Positions 23,013-36,609 of a stretch of 64,000 nucleotides of DNA are shown here, in pieces. The stretch's first letter is position 1; each line of letters opens with the position of its first letter. This DNA comes from Moniliella sp. 'wahieum' (lineage: Eukaryota). The stretch covers positions 124,001 to 188,000 of the forward strand of contig RSEE01000033.1 in the NCBI GenBank assembly GCA_003971905.1, written 5' to 3'. The notes under the pieces are model-generated. The model was given only the letters and a program-made list of their open reading frames with translations, was not told the DNA's origin and did not search any database. The position numbers were made by a program, and so were the translations under genes.

Positions 23013-25758
23013 TCAGAGAGCCTCCTCGTCTTCCTCGTCCGCTTCTGCCCGTTCCCGGGTCGCTGCTGCCACCACATCTCGTGGGTGAGGTGCAGCTTTT
23101 GTTGCCGCCGAGGCGCACTGGCTCCCACCGCAAGCTTCTGCTTGGCCCGGGCCTTGTCTTCTGCGGATGCGCCGGCGCCCACGCCGCCCGCGGACCCGTC
23201 CGCATCGTCGTCGGCCCAGGCCAAGACAAGATGGCGACCCAAAAAGTGCGTGTGTGCAAGGGCGTCCATGGCAGCGGCAGCGGCCCGACGCGAAGTAAAT
23301 TCAACAAAGGCAACCCCGAGCGGAACGGTCGAGCTTGGTGGGCATGCGCACAGCTGCCACCTCCCCCTGGGCCTGGAACAGCTGTCGCACCTCCCGCTTG
23401 GTCGCCTGAAAGGGCAAGTTCTTGACCAAAATGGTGGCCCGGCCTGCTTTGCCCTTGCTAACTGCCGCAGAGGGCGCGGCCGAGCCGTAGGCAGCGGAAT
23501 CGATGGTCCGAGTGGCATCCTGCTTGGAAAACTTGACGGACAGCGCGTGGCCATCCAACGTAGCCCCCTGAGTTGCCTCGAGCGCATTGCGCGCATGCTC
23601 GGCGGTGCGGAAACCAGCAAAACCAAAACCCATGCTGAGCTTGGCGGGTCCGGTGCGCTGCCGTCCGGGAGGAGGTGCCGGTGCGGTCTTGGTTGCACAC
23701 GAGCAAAGATGAACCCCGGGAAATGCTTGAAGAATGTAGTCAATCCCGCGTCCGTTGTAGTAAAGGACAAATTCTTGATGAAAAGCGTCGCGCCCGCATC
23801 GGCCTCGGTCGCTCCCTCCTGGTCTTCTCCTTCGCCCGTTTCCGCACCAAATTTGGCTGCAAGCGCTGAGGCAGGGGCTGACTTGCCCTGGAGCGCCGTC
23901 TGGGGCCCCACCTTTCCTGACAAAAGTCCTCGGGGAGCTTGTTCTAGATAGAGAGGCTTGTCCTTGAAGCGGGTGTATGCCAACGATCGTAGAGCTGCCC
24001 GAGCCTCGTTCAACACAGGCATCTTGACCAGCGCCAGGGTACCCGTGGGAGGAAGCATCACCTTGGCTACGTCTCCGTGACGAGAGAAGAGTTTTCGCAG
24101 GTCTTCTTCAGTTGTGCCAAACGATAGGTTTTTCACCATGATCAATGTCGCATCTCGTGGCCTGGCCTGTACGTTCTTCCCCTCTGATGGTGGTGGGGCC
24201 AAAAGGGCCAGGTCAACCCCATGGGCAGCAAAGTAGTCCTTCGTCTCCTGTACGGCCTTGGTCTCGGCCAAGGCAAGACGTACACCTGCCGAAGTGCCGT
24301 CGTCATCCTCTGGATTGACCAGATCAGATTTGCTGATCCCCAACGTTGAGATACGGAGGCTGCTACCGAATCGGCATCCATGTAGAGGGTGCCCCACGTG
24401 ATTGCATCTCTGCCCTCGGCAGCAGCACGCTGGCGAGCGGCCAATCGTTGTTGCTTGAGGGTAACCTTAGCTGCACTCGTCGCCTCCGGCAAGCCAGGTG
24501 CAGCTTTATCAGCAGCCGGGTCCACATGGATGACCCGGCCTTGGAAGGTGGTGCCTTCAACCTCGCGGAATGCCCGTAGTGCATCATCCGGATTTTGGAA
24601 CGAGACAAAAGCAATGCCCTTGGACTGTTTGGTTTTGCGATCAACTGGGACTTGGACCACACTGACGGGGCCCCATTGTCCAAAGTGCTGCAGGACTTCG
24701 TCTTCGGTGGCGCTATAGGGAAGATTGCGTACGAACACTCGCCCATCCCCATGATCAAGTCCACAGCCTCCTGCTCCTTCTTGAGTGCCTCGGCACGCTT
24801 CAGCGCTGCCTTTTCAGCCCTCTTGGAAGCGCGCGCCACCTCCGCATCCTCCTCTTCGTTTGATTCGGACGAAGACGATTCTCTTCGTCCGACTCGTCCG
24901 ACTCATCCGACGACTGGGCCTGCTGGGTGGCATCCTCTTGACCAATATGGTACTTCATTCGTGAAGCCATCCACTCGGCATCGGTCATGCCGTTTTGTCC
25001 CGCGTCGTCATCTTCTTCGTCTTCGCCATCCTCGTTCTTCTTTGCTTCTGAATCCGACCCGGTTTCGGATTGGCGGTGTGCCTGAGCCTGAGCCTGGGCT
25101 TCAGCTTCTGCTTTCGCAGCGCGCTTGGCACGCTTAGCGGCTTTACGTGCCGCTTTTTTCTCCTGCGCATCACCATCCACCTCTGCAGGTGTCTTGAGCG
25201 CATTCAAGTCTTGCATATCCGCATCCTCTTCATCCGATCCAGGGCCGGCTTACTTTCGGCCACCGGGGCAGGAGCAGGCGCCTCCTCATTGGCCCAGGTA
25301 CGCCGCTTGGATTTGGGGGCCATCACAGCAAAAAATTCATCAAATGTAACCTCTTGTGCTCCACGACTCTTTTTCCGGGGCGGTGGCTTGACCTCTTCCT
25401 CGGGTCGGCGCTTGCCATGGGATGGGGCGGTGGAGGCGTCTCCAGCAGCGGCGGGCGGGGCGCCTCGCTGACTTGGCGTGGCATCCTTGGTTGGTGGGCG
25501 GGAGTAGTCGACAAGGATGCGACTGTTGTGGAGCATGGTGCCATTAAAGTAGTCTTTCGCACGGCTTGCCTCATCGATGCTGCGGAACCCGACAAAGGCG
25601 AGGCGACGAGAAGTGCCATCGGGCTTGTGGAGAACCAACACATCGGTCACAGCGGGCGGGGCGCCGGGAAGGGTGAGGATGTGGGCGCGCAGCTCGGCGC
25701 TGGTGGTGGAAGGGGGAATATTTCGCACCAGAAGGCGCGAGTTGGGTGGCGTGGCCAT
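23013..25758 (-). CDS. MRD1: Multiple RNA-binding domain protein 1 (five RRMs, 40S biogenesis; RBM19 orthologue)
   Basis: RRM1 SRLLVRNIP..SRRLAFVGF, 'FDEFFAVM..RTWAN', RRM2 FVRNLPY..SKGIAFVSF..FQGRVIHV, linker 'WGTLYMDADSVA..VRLALAETKAVQETKDYF', RRM3 IMVKNLSFG..MLPPTGT, RRM4 LFIKNLSF..SMGFGF, RRM5 ILVKNLPFQATK..THFLGRHLVL; stop TGA 23015-23013. Confidence 0.93.
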
Positions 25759-26092
25759 GGGCAAGAGATGGCGAGAGGGCGAGGCGAGGTGGCGGTGGTG
25801 TTGGTCGACGGCCTGGCTGCCCTGACTGCCAGCACCCAGACGCGAGAAAAAGCAAGACTGGGGCGTCATTAAAATCAGTTTTTTTTTCTTGGGGCCGTCG
25901 GCTTATGTCAGCGGGTGATGTAAGCCGGGGGCGGCCGCGCGGGCGACGTGGAGCCCACGTGTGGAGCGCGGCGAGCCAGCCGGAACGCCTGGCCGGGGCG
26001 GCTGCTGGCAGGCAGCGGACGTTCGGTCGACGCTGCGCTCGGCGAGCTACCACCTTCTCCACCTTCTCGATCGTCCTGCTTCCTCCTTCGCC

Positions 26093-27756
26093 ATGGTGGT
26101 GCTCTCTGCGTCCATATGCACGCGTGCTGGCACGCCCATTCTCTCTCGCCAGTTCCGCGACATGAGCCCTCTCGCGTCGAGTTTGCTCGCCAGCTTCCCG
26201 CGCCTCGTCAGTGCCCATGCCCAGCACACGACCATTGATGCCGACACGGTGCGGTATGTTTACACGCCGCTCGAGGATCTCTATCTCGTCCTCATCACCA
26301 ACCGCACCAGCAACATTCTCCAAGACATCGACACCCTCCACCTTTTGCGCGCGTGGTCCAGGACATGTGCGCCAACTCTGTGACCGTACCCGCTGTGGTG
26401 GGCGACTATCCGTACCCTGTCCGTCCCACTGCGGGCAGGGTGGACGAGTCATCAGTCTTGCGATTGTCGTTTGAGCTTTTGGGTGCATTTGACGAGATTA
26501 TTGCCCTCGGCTACCGCGAATCTGTCACCTTGCCCCAGATCCAGACTATCCTGGCCATGGAGTCCCACGAGGAGAAGATTCAAGAGATGATCGAACGCAA
26601 CAAAGAGGCCGAGGCTAAGGAGGAGCTCAAGCGACGGGCCAAGATGCTTGAGAGCCAACGCCGCGACGCCGCCCGCCGTGGCATTCCTTCCAGCAACTTT
26701 GCCGCCTCGATTGGGGCTTCGACGCCTGGCGGCTTTGCAGGCAACTCGACTGCTTCCTTACCTACTCCAACGATTCATCGCGACGATCTGCGTGGCGCAG
26801 CGGCTACGCCCCAAGCCAACCTTTCAAGGGCAAAGGGATGCAACTGGGCAAAAAGTCAACTTCAGCTACGGCCAGCTTCTTGGGTACCTCGAGTTCGACC
26901 CCGACCGAGTCGCCTGTCCCGACTCCGGTCTCTTCGGTACCTACTCCTGCTGCCGCAGCGGCCGCTCCTGCACCAGCCCGGCCGCCCGCGGCAGCGTTCG
27001 ACCCCCACACCCTTTTGGGAGCTACAGATGCCCCAGTGGCCCTGCTGGCGCGCGAGCGGGTTACGCTCGTGGCAGAACGGGACGGATGCGATCGCTGGAG
27101 GTACGTGGGGATTTGGAGTTGACCGTTCGGGACTCGGATTGGTCCAAGGTGCGCGTGGCGCTTGCGGCCAACGCGAGTCCTTTGGCCAGTGCACTTTCCT
27201 GGAAGACCCACCCGCACATTGATGCCGCTGGCTGGACGGCGGATACTGTGCTGGGGCTGCGGGACGCCAACCGTTTTTTCCCGCTCAACCACCCGCTCGG
27301 CGTGCTGCGCTGGCGGGCCGCCTTGGGCCAAGGCGCGGCCGCGGCCAACGAGGCGGCTCCGTTGATCATTTCCTCTTGGCCTGGCCCGGCACCAGGAGGC
27401 GCAGAGGCGATTATCGAGTTTACTGCAGCGGCCGAGGTGCAGGACGTGACCATCCACGTCTCGGTCCCGTCCGAGGCGGAGGTGACTGGCGCATCGCAGG
27501 GCGATGCACTCCCTACGGCAGGAGAGGTGGTCTGGCATCTCGGCCACCTCCTCCCGGGTGCAACGGGGTCGCTCGAGCTGACTGTTGCTGGGGCGGATCC
27601 CGAGGACCCATCGGCGTTTAGCACCTCGGCCGAATTCTGGTCGGCTACCACCTTGGCCGGGGTGGAGGCGGTGTCGGTGACAGCCACTGATTCGGGGGCG
27701 CCTGCGCCATTGCTCTGCAGAGCTTTGTCAGTCCGGACCGGTACGTGTTTGGCTAG
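26093..27756 (+). CDS. RET2: Coatomer subunit delta (delta-COP)
   Basis: MVVLSASICTRAGTPILSRQF..VRYVYTPLEDLYLVLITNRTSNILQDIDTLHL..FELLGAFDEII..MESHEEKIQEMIERNKEAEAKEELKRRAK; C-terminal mu-homology region (EVRGDLEL, WKTHPHID, GVLRWR); 3' end approximate. Confidence 0.95.
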
Positions 27757-28431
27757 TGGATGCCCACGACAAAAAGATCGAGTACACTGTCTGGCGTGCT
27801 TGCTGGAGGGAAGGGTACATAGGAGGCCTGTGTGCTAGGATGGTGCAACTCAACCAGTACACAATGGGGTACTTGCATTGGAGGGGGGGGGGGCATGTGT
27901 GGCAGACTATGGGGACGCAGAAACACCGAATAGTGAAAGCGGAAATGAGATGCGGTACCGGACGCGGTGGAGGCGGGCGCAGAAGGTGGTGGTGGCGACG
28001 CCCAGCATGTCGATGACGGAGGGTGGCTGAGTGCAACGTTCAACGTTCAACGTACGTTCAACGGAGGTCCAGGGCGGCCGCCTGGCAGGGTTGCGTACTG
28101 GAGCGCTACGCGTACCCACCCAGGACCACTGCAATGTTGCAATGCGCATCCACACCACACACCCCGTAAAAAATGCTGCGGCGGAATAAATTTTCGACGG
28201 GCAGATGGGCGCTGTTGCCCCCACTAGGGTTGAAGGCTCCGCCCGCCCAGGTCGCAAGGCTGGATGAGCCAAGGAGGTGGTCGCCAGCTCCGTTGATCGT
28301 TGTCCATCCACCGTTACCAAGGCCGGTGTATTCTGTGCGTCGACCCGCTCCTCGACACCCCTCCCCTGCCACCTCAGCGCCGAAGAACCACGCGTGCTGA
28401 CCTGTCCATCCTCCTTGCAGAGTAGTTCGTC

Positions 28432-28947
28432 ATGTCCCGTTTCACCGAGTACCTCGTTGTGGGCCGTCACCTGCCGACGGAGAAGGAGCGACTCCTAAGC
28501 TGTACCGTATGCGCATCTTTGCGCCCAACTCGGTGGTGGCAAGTCGCGCTTCTGGTACTTCGTCCGCCAGCTGCGGAAGATGAAGAAGTCCACGGGTGAG
28601 ATTGTGGCGGTGCACGCGATTGCCGAGGCCAAGCCGTGAAGGTGAAGAACTTTGGGTGTGGCTGCGCTACAACTCGCGTTCGGGCACGCACAACATGTAC
28701 AAGGGAGTACCGCTCCCTCTCGCGCGCCGAGGCTGTGGAGAACATGTACCAGGACATGGCGGCCCGCCACCGTGCCCGCTTCGCCTCGATCCACATTCTG
28801 AAGATTGCCGAGATTGAGAAGGCGGCTGATGTGCGTCGCCCCTACATCAAGCAGCTCATCCAGCCCAACCTCAAGTTCCCGCTGCCCCACCGCAAGTCGT
28901 CGGCCAAGTCGGTGTTCGCGGCGAACCGCCCGAAGACGTTCTACTAA
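28432..28947 (+). CDS. RPL20: 60S ribosomal protein L20 (eL20/L18A)
   Basis: [91 protein letters not shown]; several indels; probable 5'-UTR intron ending at 28420 (GCTGAC..CAG). Confidence 0.96.
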
Positions 28948-29479
28948 GCATGTCGCCCGGCGGCATGGCCCGGGAGGTGGTTGCTCACCGCCCCTACGTT
29001 CTGACGGCTGCCTGCGAGGGAGTGCTGCACTGTGAGTGCTCCCGGAGGGTGGCTGTTGCCAAAAGCGGAACAAGCATATTATGTTCGCTGCCTTGTCCTG
29101 TGTTTGCGGGCGGCGGGATGGTATTGCCGCCGGCGGCGAGACGCACGCCGGTATGCTGAAATTCCAGTGTTCTAGGCAGCCTGTGGGAAGGAGGGGGGGG
29201 CGTGGGCGCTGGGGCCGAGATAGCAGCGACAGGCGATGGTGACGTGGAGGGAGGCGGGGGTGAAAGGGGTGCGGGCGCTTACGTAACATGCGTGGGGGGC
29301 GGCCGCGGGTGGCTGCAGTGGCTCGGCTGGCGGGGTGGCTACGACAGCCGCTGCGCCCCTCGTGTGCGACAACGACAACGACGACGACCGACTGCGGCGC
29401 CTCTCTTCTGCCGCGCCTGCCGCCGCCACCCGCCCGCCACCTCCTCCCCCCCTCCCCACCACCTGCGGCGTTGGCGCCC

Positions 29480-32400
29480 ATGGCCCCGTTCCTGCGCCTC
29501 CCGTCGATGCTGGCGGGGCTGCGGCCGCAGCAGCCACTGGAGATGCTGCCCCGCCCGAGCATCCCTGCCCCGACCAGTCCGCCGCCGTCACCCCTCCTGA
29601 TGCTTCTGCCTTGATAGTACGACTGCTTCTCCTGCTCCTGCTCCTGCTCCAACGCCTGCCCCTGCACCCGCCACCGCCACCGCCACTTCCATCGAGAACG
29701 CGCCAGAGAGCAAGGACGACGCCGCAGCAGAACCGGCCCAAGATGAAACCGTGGCGCCCCTGGCCGCTTCTGCGTTGACGCCTGCGTCCGAGTCGGAATC
29801 GGAGTCGGTGTCAGAGTCGGCATCGGCATCGGAGTCGGCGGCTCCCTCGCTCCCAGAGCCAGAGACATCCTCCTCAGCCTCGCCATCCATGCCACCTGCG
29901 CCACCCCCTGTGCGCGTGAACAGCGGCAGCTCGAGCGTCACTCTTCGCTCTACTCTCCACTTGCACCGCCTCAGCCGGCCCTTTCCTTTAGCTCTGCCGA
30001 GTCTGGCGCGGTCCACTCTCCTTCGCCTGCTTCCGACGCACCCGCCTCGGTGTCACCAGCGGAAGACCTCACCAGCCCATCTCTCGAGGCACCATCCCCC
30101 CCTTCCGCCGTCACCCCGACACGAGCTCAACCCCGGGCCCAAACCAAGGTCAAGATTTCTACCAGGATCCGCTCCCTCCCCTTCCGCCGCCCGCACCCAT
30201 CCTGTCGCAGCCGCTCACCGAGGCCGAACTGCTACCGGTCGTATCAGTGGTCAAACGCCCTACCGCCCGAGCGCAGGTCAAGTCTATCTTGAAGCACCCG
30301 GTCGCCACCCCTGCCCACAACGTTCCTTCCGTTGGGGGTGCGACGCTCTTGGTGGTTTGGGCAACAGTGCGCTCGGCTCGTCCATCTCGTCTTTCCTAAC
30401 AGGCAAACCAGGCCAAGCATTGAGCGTCAACGGGACCAGAACATCAACACCAAGCTCGCTCAGGGGGGCATGAACGTCCAGGTTCCCTTGGACGAGGCGG
30501 GATATGGTTGCCCAGCCTTCCCACATGGGCAGTGGTCTTACGACCGGGACATCAACCCCCCATGGCCCCACTACAACAGCAGCGCCTGAGCCAGCTTCCG
30601 CCGCAGCGGCTGGATTGGGCAACATGTTTAAACGCTGGGTCCCCCAACCTCCGCCGGCGGTGGAGCATGTGGCATCCCCTCGCTCCATCTCGTCGCGCGA
30701 CCCTACTACCCCTTTGCTGCCGTCTGTCCACCCCAATTCAACAACCGCCGCCCTCCCGGACTTCCAGCACCAGCACCTCAGCATCGGCGTCCACTCCTTC
30801 CTCTGCCCCCCAGGCGACGTCCGCTACGACCGCCAGCTCAGGATCCGCTGACCGCGCTCGTCTTCCGCCCGCGCGGTTGGAGGATGTGCCGATCAAGAAG
30901 GTGCAGTTCCGCATGGCTGACATCTCCGTGCTTTATCCCATCACCGGCTCCCATACGCCTGCGTCGGAAGACGTTACCCGCAGAAAAGTGGAGGCTGCCC
31001 ATCGTGCCCGAGTTAGGGCGCGTACGCTGAGCACCGCTCCTGCGGCCTCGGCGAAAGCTCCTGCTGCATCCGTGGGGCAAGCGAATGAGTCGGAAGTGCC
31101 GAATTACAACGTGGTGGAATTGGAGAAGTTGTATCGCAGGTGCTGTCGGGCAGAGAGGAGCTTCCACTGAAGCGCATGCGGGTTGTCTTTCAAGACGCTG
31201 CACGCATTGCCGAAGAGAAGCGGAGAAGCAAGATCAATGCTGTGCTTTCGGCCGAGGAGCGCAAAGCGGAAGAAGAAGAAGAGAAAGCGAGGGCACGGGT
31301 GGAGAAGGGGAAAGCGGTTGAGTCATCCTCCGTGGCCGGAGTCGAGAAACCCAGCTCGTCCCCGCCTTCCCCCCCAGCGGATGGATCGGATTCAGCTGCT
31401 TTGATCGCTTCGGTCGAAGCACGTTTCCCCCCCTCGTATCAGACCGCGACGCTCTCCACCCTCGACCTTTCGTTCCTCATTCTCGACCGTGCTGCCATTG
31501 ACCCTTTAGCCGACTTTTTGAGTGTCGATTTCGGCCTTAAGAAACTCATTCTCGACCACTGTGGCTTGACGGACGAAGTATGTATTGTTGTTCCATTTCG
31601 GGTTAGTTTTTGGTCTGGCTTTTACTGATTTATTTTTGTCATCCGTTCCATCGTACAGGGATTGAAGGCGATCCTGCACGCCTTGCTCATCTCGGGCACG
31701 CTCCCACATCTTTCGCTCGCGGCCAATAAGCCGGTTCGCTACATTGGTTGGCGCTACCTGTCGGGCTTCCTACGTCGGGCTCAAAAATTGGTTAGCCTGG
31801 ATATTTCGGAAAACGGCTTGACTCGCCCGGCACTTGAATCGATCCTGGCTTCCTTTGTTCGTTCCCAAGCAGAGCTCGAGGCGCTTTCTCTCCATCATTC
31901 TAGCCACCGTGCTACGCATGAACCCAAAGAGAAGGCTGTTGGGAACACCCCGGATGCCCGCACGGAGCAACCAGAGGACAAAGCTAATGCAAAGGGGAAA
32001 TCGCCAGCCAAGGATGACGGCCTTGTTGCTGACCCGGAGGAGGTGGACTGGGACGGGGAACCCCTGTTTGCCACTGCACCGCTACTGCGACTTAACCTCA
32101 ACCGAGACGGCCTTCCGCCAGTGTCGAACGTGCAAAGCCTACGGCTGGAAAATTGCAACTTGCGTTCATCTTCCATGCTCGAGGTAGTGGCCAAGTCCCT
32201 CCGGTTCTCCACGCTCAAGCACCTCAGTCTGCGGCGCAACCGAATCGGCCACTCGGCGTCAACGGGTGTGGCACTGGCGCTGTTGTTGCGAGACTACGCG
32301 GACGACTCGGTCGCTGCCGCTGACGAGGCAGCCAGAGTGATCGATTTAGCGCACGAGGTGTCTCTCTCGGGCAACGGGCCTGGCACCCCGGGCTTTGCCG

Positions 32401-34608
32401 CCGTGGCCGCCATGGTGCCTCCCAAGCCTATGACGCAACCGGAGCAGCCTATTACCCTGCCTCCCCTCGGCGGACCCACCGTCGGCGTCACTCTTCCTGT
32501 GGCGAGTGTGGGAAGTCGACTGGAGAATGCACTGAAACGCACAGCCACGGATCCGTCCCTGGATGCTACCCAAGCTGAGGCGGAGAGTGTGTCCCCTGCC
32601 GCACTGGCTGCTGCACGAGACCGTCTTTTTCCGAAGCCAAGCGTTCACGGCGGATCCTGGGCGACTTGCCCCGGTTCGGATGTCTGCTGACTCTGGACCT
32701 CAAAAGCAACGATCTGCGTGGCGCTGGCGCCGCTGCGCTCGCGGGCGCACTCAAGAAGAACCGTACGCTGCGCGTGCTGAACCTTTCGGACAATGGACTG
32801 GATGTTGCGGCGCTGGTGTTGTGCTCGCCGAAGGTCTGCGGGGCAACACGGTGCTGGAGACGCGGATGTCAGCCACAATGCATGTGGTGGTCCGGGGCTG
32901 GAAGGGATCCATGCGCTGCGCCAAGTGTTTGCGCTGCGCACGGGGCTCAAGCGCCTGTTTCTCAACGATACCGACGTGTCGTCGCAGGGTGCCATTGCGT
33001 TGGCCGAGTTTATCCCCGAAGCCAAGAGTCTGCTCCACCTCGATTTGACCGAGAACTACAATGTAGACTTGGCCGGGGCGATGGCTCTGAGCGTCGCGTT
33101 GCGCCTCAACAAGTCCATTCGCTGTCTCGACCTGCACATTCCTCCCAACGAAGCCGACTGTGCGCGCCTGTCGCAGGACATTTTTAATTCGTGCGTGCGC
33201 AATACCCAGGCGGCGCAGGAACGCGCCCGGGTCAAGGGCGCCAACGCCATTCCAGCGCCCATCTACAAGTCCACCTTGGCCCGCACCGCTCAGGCGCCCA
33301 CCACCCCCTCCACCGATCCTAGCTCGGCTTCCCTCCCGCGCCCCCCCGCCTGGTCCGGGCCTAGCAGCGAAGCCGCACGCCAGTTGGTCCGCACCGTCCA
33401 ACACGATACCGGCATCGACGGCCGTCGTAAGGCCGATATGGATACCTTGTTGGAAGCCGCGACGCAATGCCGCGACCTGCTACTCCAGTTCCGCGACCGA
33501 CAACGGTCCCTCTCTGGGCTGGGCCGTGGGGACCATAACCCGGGCCAGCCAGGGTCCCCGGGCAAGGCCGATCCTATGCAGACGACGAAGAGACGTGGCG
33601 CGCGATGGGCGATGTGGTACGGCAAGCGGCGCGGGTGCGTGTGCGTCTAGGCCAGGCGTGCAGGGCATGGAAGAAGGCCGGTTGCTGGAACGCGTGCTGG
33701 CCTTGTCGGATCAGCTGGAAACGTTGACGGTCGAGCTGCCCAGATTCGCCAACACGTCAAACTCACCCGTCAGACCGCAACTGCTCTCCAAGCTTCCTCC
33801 AGCTCGGGATCGGGCTCGGCTCGGGATCATCATTGGGCTCGGGCTCGGGGTCTGGGTCTTCATCAGATCTGGGTCCGTGTCTGGCGCCAGGGGTCCAGCC
33901 TACCGTCCGCGTGGGGGCGGAGGAGTGGCTACTGCGCCCTCGGCCGTGCACCGACTTAGGGTGTGCCGTTGGTTCCAGCTCGGGCTCCGGGTCGGGGACG
34001 GGGGGTCGACGTCCGCTTCGTCGCCTACCTTTTCGATTGGGTCGGACGAGGAAGACGATGAGCCGCTGGAGAATTTGGTCCCGCGGCCGATGCCGGCTCG
34101 GCGCGTCACCGCCGACACGGAGGACCAGGCGGGACGCTTGATGGTCTCGGGCTGGACGATGCCGAGCCGGTGCGGTTGGACGAGGAGGCGGAGACCGAGG
34201 CGGAGGCGGATGGATGGAAGAGAGGAGAATGGGGTTGGAGATGGAGGTGGGCTCGCTGGGCGACAGGAACCGACAGGACTCGATGCTGAACGCGATACCG
34301 ATGTCGACGGTACGGGGAGGAGGAGAGTGGTGTGTCCCAAGGCGTTGACGGGGTTGACGGGTTGATGGGGCCGACGGCGTGGCCGGACGGCAGGAATGCA
34401 AGGCAGATGGGGCGGTGCGCTCGGCCAGCTCGCCTCACTGCCCCACCTCCCGCCTCTCACCACCGCTCTCCCACTCAGTTCCAGCCCGCACAGCCACTCG
34501 CCCACCGAGGCGCGCGCCAAGGACCAAATCGTCGAGGAAGGCGCTATGTTCCGGCGGGCCAAAGCGCTCGAGGCCGAAGAGGCGGCGCACCCGCCGCCCA
34601 GCTCCTAA
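29480..34608 (+). CDS. Large RNI-like leucine-rich-repeat protein, Mhp1/Gip3-like (putative PP1 regulator)
   Basis: Low-complexity N-terminus, KSILK and KKVQF motifs, 'LYRRCCRA.EELP', LRRs (LKKLILDHCGLTDE|GLKAILHALL, LRLENCNLR, LLTLDLKSNDLR, LRVLNLSDNGL, LKRLFLNDTDV, LLHLDLTENYNV, IRCLDL), C-terminal 'EEGAMFRRAK'; intron 31578-31658; start inferred. Confidence 0.8.
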
Positions 34609-35178
34609 CTCGTAACCCTGCTCCTCGGCTTCTACCTCTGCATGCTGCGTGACCTGACATGGAAACAGGAAAGAATGGGTTGGGTTGGCAAGGTAGAACC
34701 AAAGGGTAAAAAGGGCAAGGGTAAATAAAGGTAAAGGTAAAGGGAGCGTGCCAGGAGGGAAGACAAGGTGGCCAGATAGGGCAGTATAGCAAGGGAGCGG
34801 GAGGAGAGGAGAGGAGGAGAGGAGAGGAGGGAAGGATGGGGCATCGGCCAGGAGGTAAGGTGGCCAAGAAGAGGGACGGGTTTCCCCTAGCTTACGGCGA
34901 GAGGGGATGCAGCCAGGCCAGCCCGTTGGGAGCGCAGCAGCGTATCCGTCTGTCGCACCGTCTGTGGCATCGTCGTTGGGGGGTCCAGCTGGGCGAGAAG
35001 CTGAGGAGGTTGGGATTGGAGTGTGGGGGTGGGGGTGGGAGCGCCTCGAGCGTCTGCAGCGTAGGGCAAGTGGTCATGACACTGGAACGGGTCCGACCTG
35101 GCGAGCTCGCGCGACGTGCACCGGGAGTGCGAGTGGACGCGGCAGGTCAGCGCCCGGGCCGGGTTGAACGTTGAACGA

Positions 35179-36234
35179 TCAACGATCAACGGTCAACGGC
35201 CAACGACCAACCTTCACGGCGGCAGACATGGGGCGAAGCGTGGTGCGGGTCGAGGGGGCGGTAGGGGGCAGTGGGTAGTAGTATGCGCTTAGCGACGACG
35301 GCGGCGCGGCCGGATGGAGCGGGTGGTGGTGGACCGGGTAGGTGACATGGGTGGGGAATGAGACGGGTGCATGGAGTACGAGCGGGCGGGGCCGGGCGGA
35401 AGGCGGGCCGGAAGCCGAAGCTGAAGCCGAAGCTGAAGCCGAAGGAGGACGGAGGGCGCAAAGGCGTAGGAAGACGGGTCGGTCGGGCCTTGGAGCGGCG
35501 GGAGGGAGCGGCCGAGGTCCACGGGATAGTGGGTGCTCATCGGAGGCATGGGCGGCACGAGCGAGGGCGAGGCGGGTGCAGGTGCCGACGCCGACGGACG
35601 GAGGGAAAGGCCATAGGGCGTCCGGCGCAGCTGCGGCAGGGCCGGCGCACCCGCCGACGGGCGGCATCGGCGACTGAGGGCCGCAGGCGGCAGGGGAGCA
35701 GCCCGTGTCGGGAGCGGGGTAGGCATGGGCAGGGTGGGCAGGATGGGCAGGGTGGGCAGGATGGCAGGGTGGGCAAGATGGGCAGATGGATGGGAGGATG
35801 GGGGCGCGCAGGGGCAGGGGCGCGCGAGGAGGAGGCACGGGGGGCGACTGGCGTGAGGCGGAGGCAGGTGGGTATCGGTGCGCTGGCGCTTAGTTGGCGT
35901 GCATAGCGCAGTCCGCATGCGTTGCACAGGCTTGCGGCCGCTGGGGCCCTTGCGCACTCGGGCTGGCGCGCGTGCCGCAGAAGGAGCAGAGCTTGTCTGT
36001 TGCGGCGGCGGGCCGCGCGGGGTCCGAGTCTGGACGGGCGGTGGAGGAGACAGGCGCTTGCGGGCTTTTTGGACAGGGCAGCGTGGGGGTGGGGGTGGGC
36101 GTGGGGGCGAGGTGGGGGCGGCGGGGGCGGCGGTGCTGGCGGCGGCGGGGTGGGGGCAGTGGGGGCGAGGGCGAGGCGGCAGGTGCGTGCAGCTCGCCCG
36201 CTGCGGGCGCGGGGGGGCAGTGGCAAGCGAACAT
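35179..36234 (-). CDS. GATA-type zinc-finger transcription factor (CX2CX18CX2C)
   Basis: After indel correction at ~35900-35995: [34 protein letters not shown]; Pro/His-rich flanks; both ends approximate. Confidence 0.8.
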
Positions 36235-36561
36235 GCAGTGAGCGCGTGGGGTATGGTGATGGGAGGGATGGGATGGATGGCTGGATGGCTGGATGGGATG
36301 GATGGATCAGGATGGACGGATGGGGATGAATACGAATAGACGGACGGATGGATCGCGCATCCCGCCAGTCAGCGCTCTCTTTTGCCGCACAGAAGCCCAG
36401 CCCCACTGGTCACGCTTCGTCACGCGTCACAGCCCTCCACCCCCCGCACGGCACCTGCCAACTGATCGACCGGTGATCTCGATCAGCGCGCTCAGTGCAT
36501 GCGCGCGCCGCCCACAGCGCGCCAGTGCATGGTGATCGAGCGGCGAGTCGATCGAGATCGC

Positions 36562-36609
36562 TGATCAGGATGATCAGGATGATCTGGATGATCTGGATGA
36601 TCTGGATGA
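36562..36609. repeat. (TGATCWGGA)5 nonamer repeat in the divergent promoter region
   Basis: Two TGATCAGGA then three TGATCTGGA copies. Confidence 0.9.

Noticed and set aside
22824..23951. 375-aa plus-strand ORF
   Set aside because: Antisense shadow of MRD1.
28432..28947. Programmed frameshifting or pseudogene status for RPL20 and other genes
   Set aside because: Indels are scattered, homopolymer-associated and affect all genes alike; sequencing error is more parsimonious.
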